Assembly (NCBI RefSeq): GCF_001194135.2
Contig: NC_068992.1
Location: 28,001,195 to 28,065,194 of the forward strand
Direction: 5' to 3'
From: Octopus bimaculoides
Lineage: Eukaryota
DNA: 64,000 nt
Shown here in pieces: positions 63,346 through 64,000 of the stretch. A program made the translations under genes and the position numbers. Positions within the stretch are counted from its first letter, which is position 1; every line of letters begins with the position of its first letter. Under the pieces are notes generated by a model. It had not been told where the DNA came from and ran no database searches. It saw only the letters and a list, made by a program, of their open reading frames with translations.

Positions 63346-63689
63346 CTTCGCCTATATATATATATATATTAGCTAAAGATAGTAATGGTCAGTCTATGGG
63401 ATTACTCTGAGTTTCACGTCCATAAAGCACTTAACTTTCCGGTGTCTCTTCAGGCCCTGTTGGCCGGTGGCCTATAACCTGTCTTCAAAGTGGAAGTAAA
63501 AAACACCACGTGGTCAGTTGTTGAAAGCACGGACGAAAGAAAGATTAAACGCAAGGGATTGTCTCCCTTAGACCGCTATCCGTAATCAACCTGGTTGACT
63601 TGTGACTCCTAGGACTTCAGTAGGAATGTCTTGTTTGTTTGTATGTATGTATGAACACACACACACACACGTATATACATACATGATGG

Positions 63690-64000
63690 CCGTCCACTCG
63701 TGACCGAGGAAGACCATTGTTGACCTTTAGGAACATTGTGCGCTCTAGGACTAACTTATATTTTGCATTTGCGGCACTGCTGGTGGCTAATGAGGCCTGC
63801 TCTTGATGCTGCTCGGTGTGCTAGAAGACCACTCGGAGTGAGACACCCCTCGGCTTCTGTTGAAGCATGTCTCTAGGAGAAGGCCACTCTGATATAAAAC
63901 CAGGTATGCAAAGAATGGCATTGGACATTTTGGGGATCTTTGGTTTGTGCTAGAGATCACGGCGCTCCCACATCCCTAAGCTTGCAACTCATATTGGCAC
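63690..64000. mobile_element. Possible 5' region of a retroelement running off the window
   Basis: GC-richer block beginning CACTCGTGACCGAGGAAGACCATTG, which I recall from RTE-type 5' regions; no coding motif seen. Confidence 0.25.

Overview
Eukaryotic, AT-rich, repeat-dense genomic DNA with six N gaps. The repeat families and (TA)n/(CA)n/(CATA)n tracts resemble those of Octopus (an inference, not a database match). The only well-supported protein gene is a 9-coding-exon + strand gene (ATG 22532, stop 55958; 1182 nt, 393 aa). It encodes a six-bladed kelch beta-propeller with an N-myristoylation-type start (MGNNVS) and a long acidic loop in blade 3. All splice sites are GT-AG and the phases join into one open frame. 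The rest is mostly transposon remnants: CR1/L2-like and RTE LINEs, a CRE-clade RT fragment, several tRNA-derived SINE families, two pogo/Tigger elements with TIRs, a deleted Tc1, hAT and piggyBac-type MITEs, a Helitron helicase end and palindromic foldbacks. Most notable are (i) an exact 82-bp copy of the exon-5 acceptor and 5' half inside intron 4, which could act as a poison or terminal exon, (ii) several long dsRNA-forming structures in the kelch pre-mRNA, including a 112-bp-arm hairpin, (iii) visible SINE tail sharing and swapping with two LINE partners, and (iv) twin small ORFs with a shared N-terminus near 60-61.5 kb. No prokaryotic-type system (CRISPR, operons) is present.
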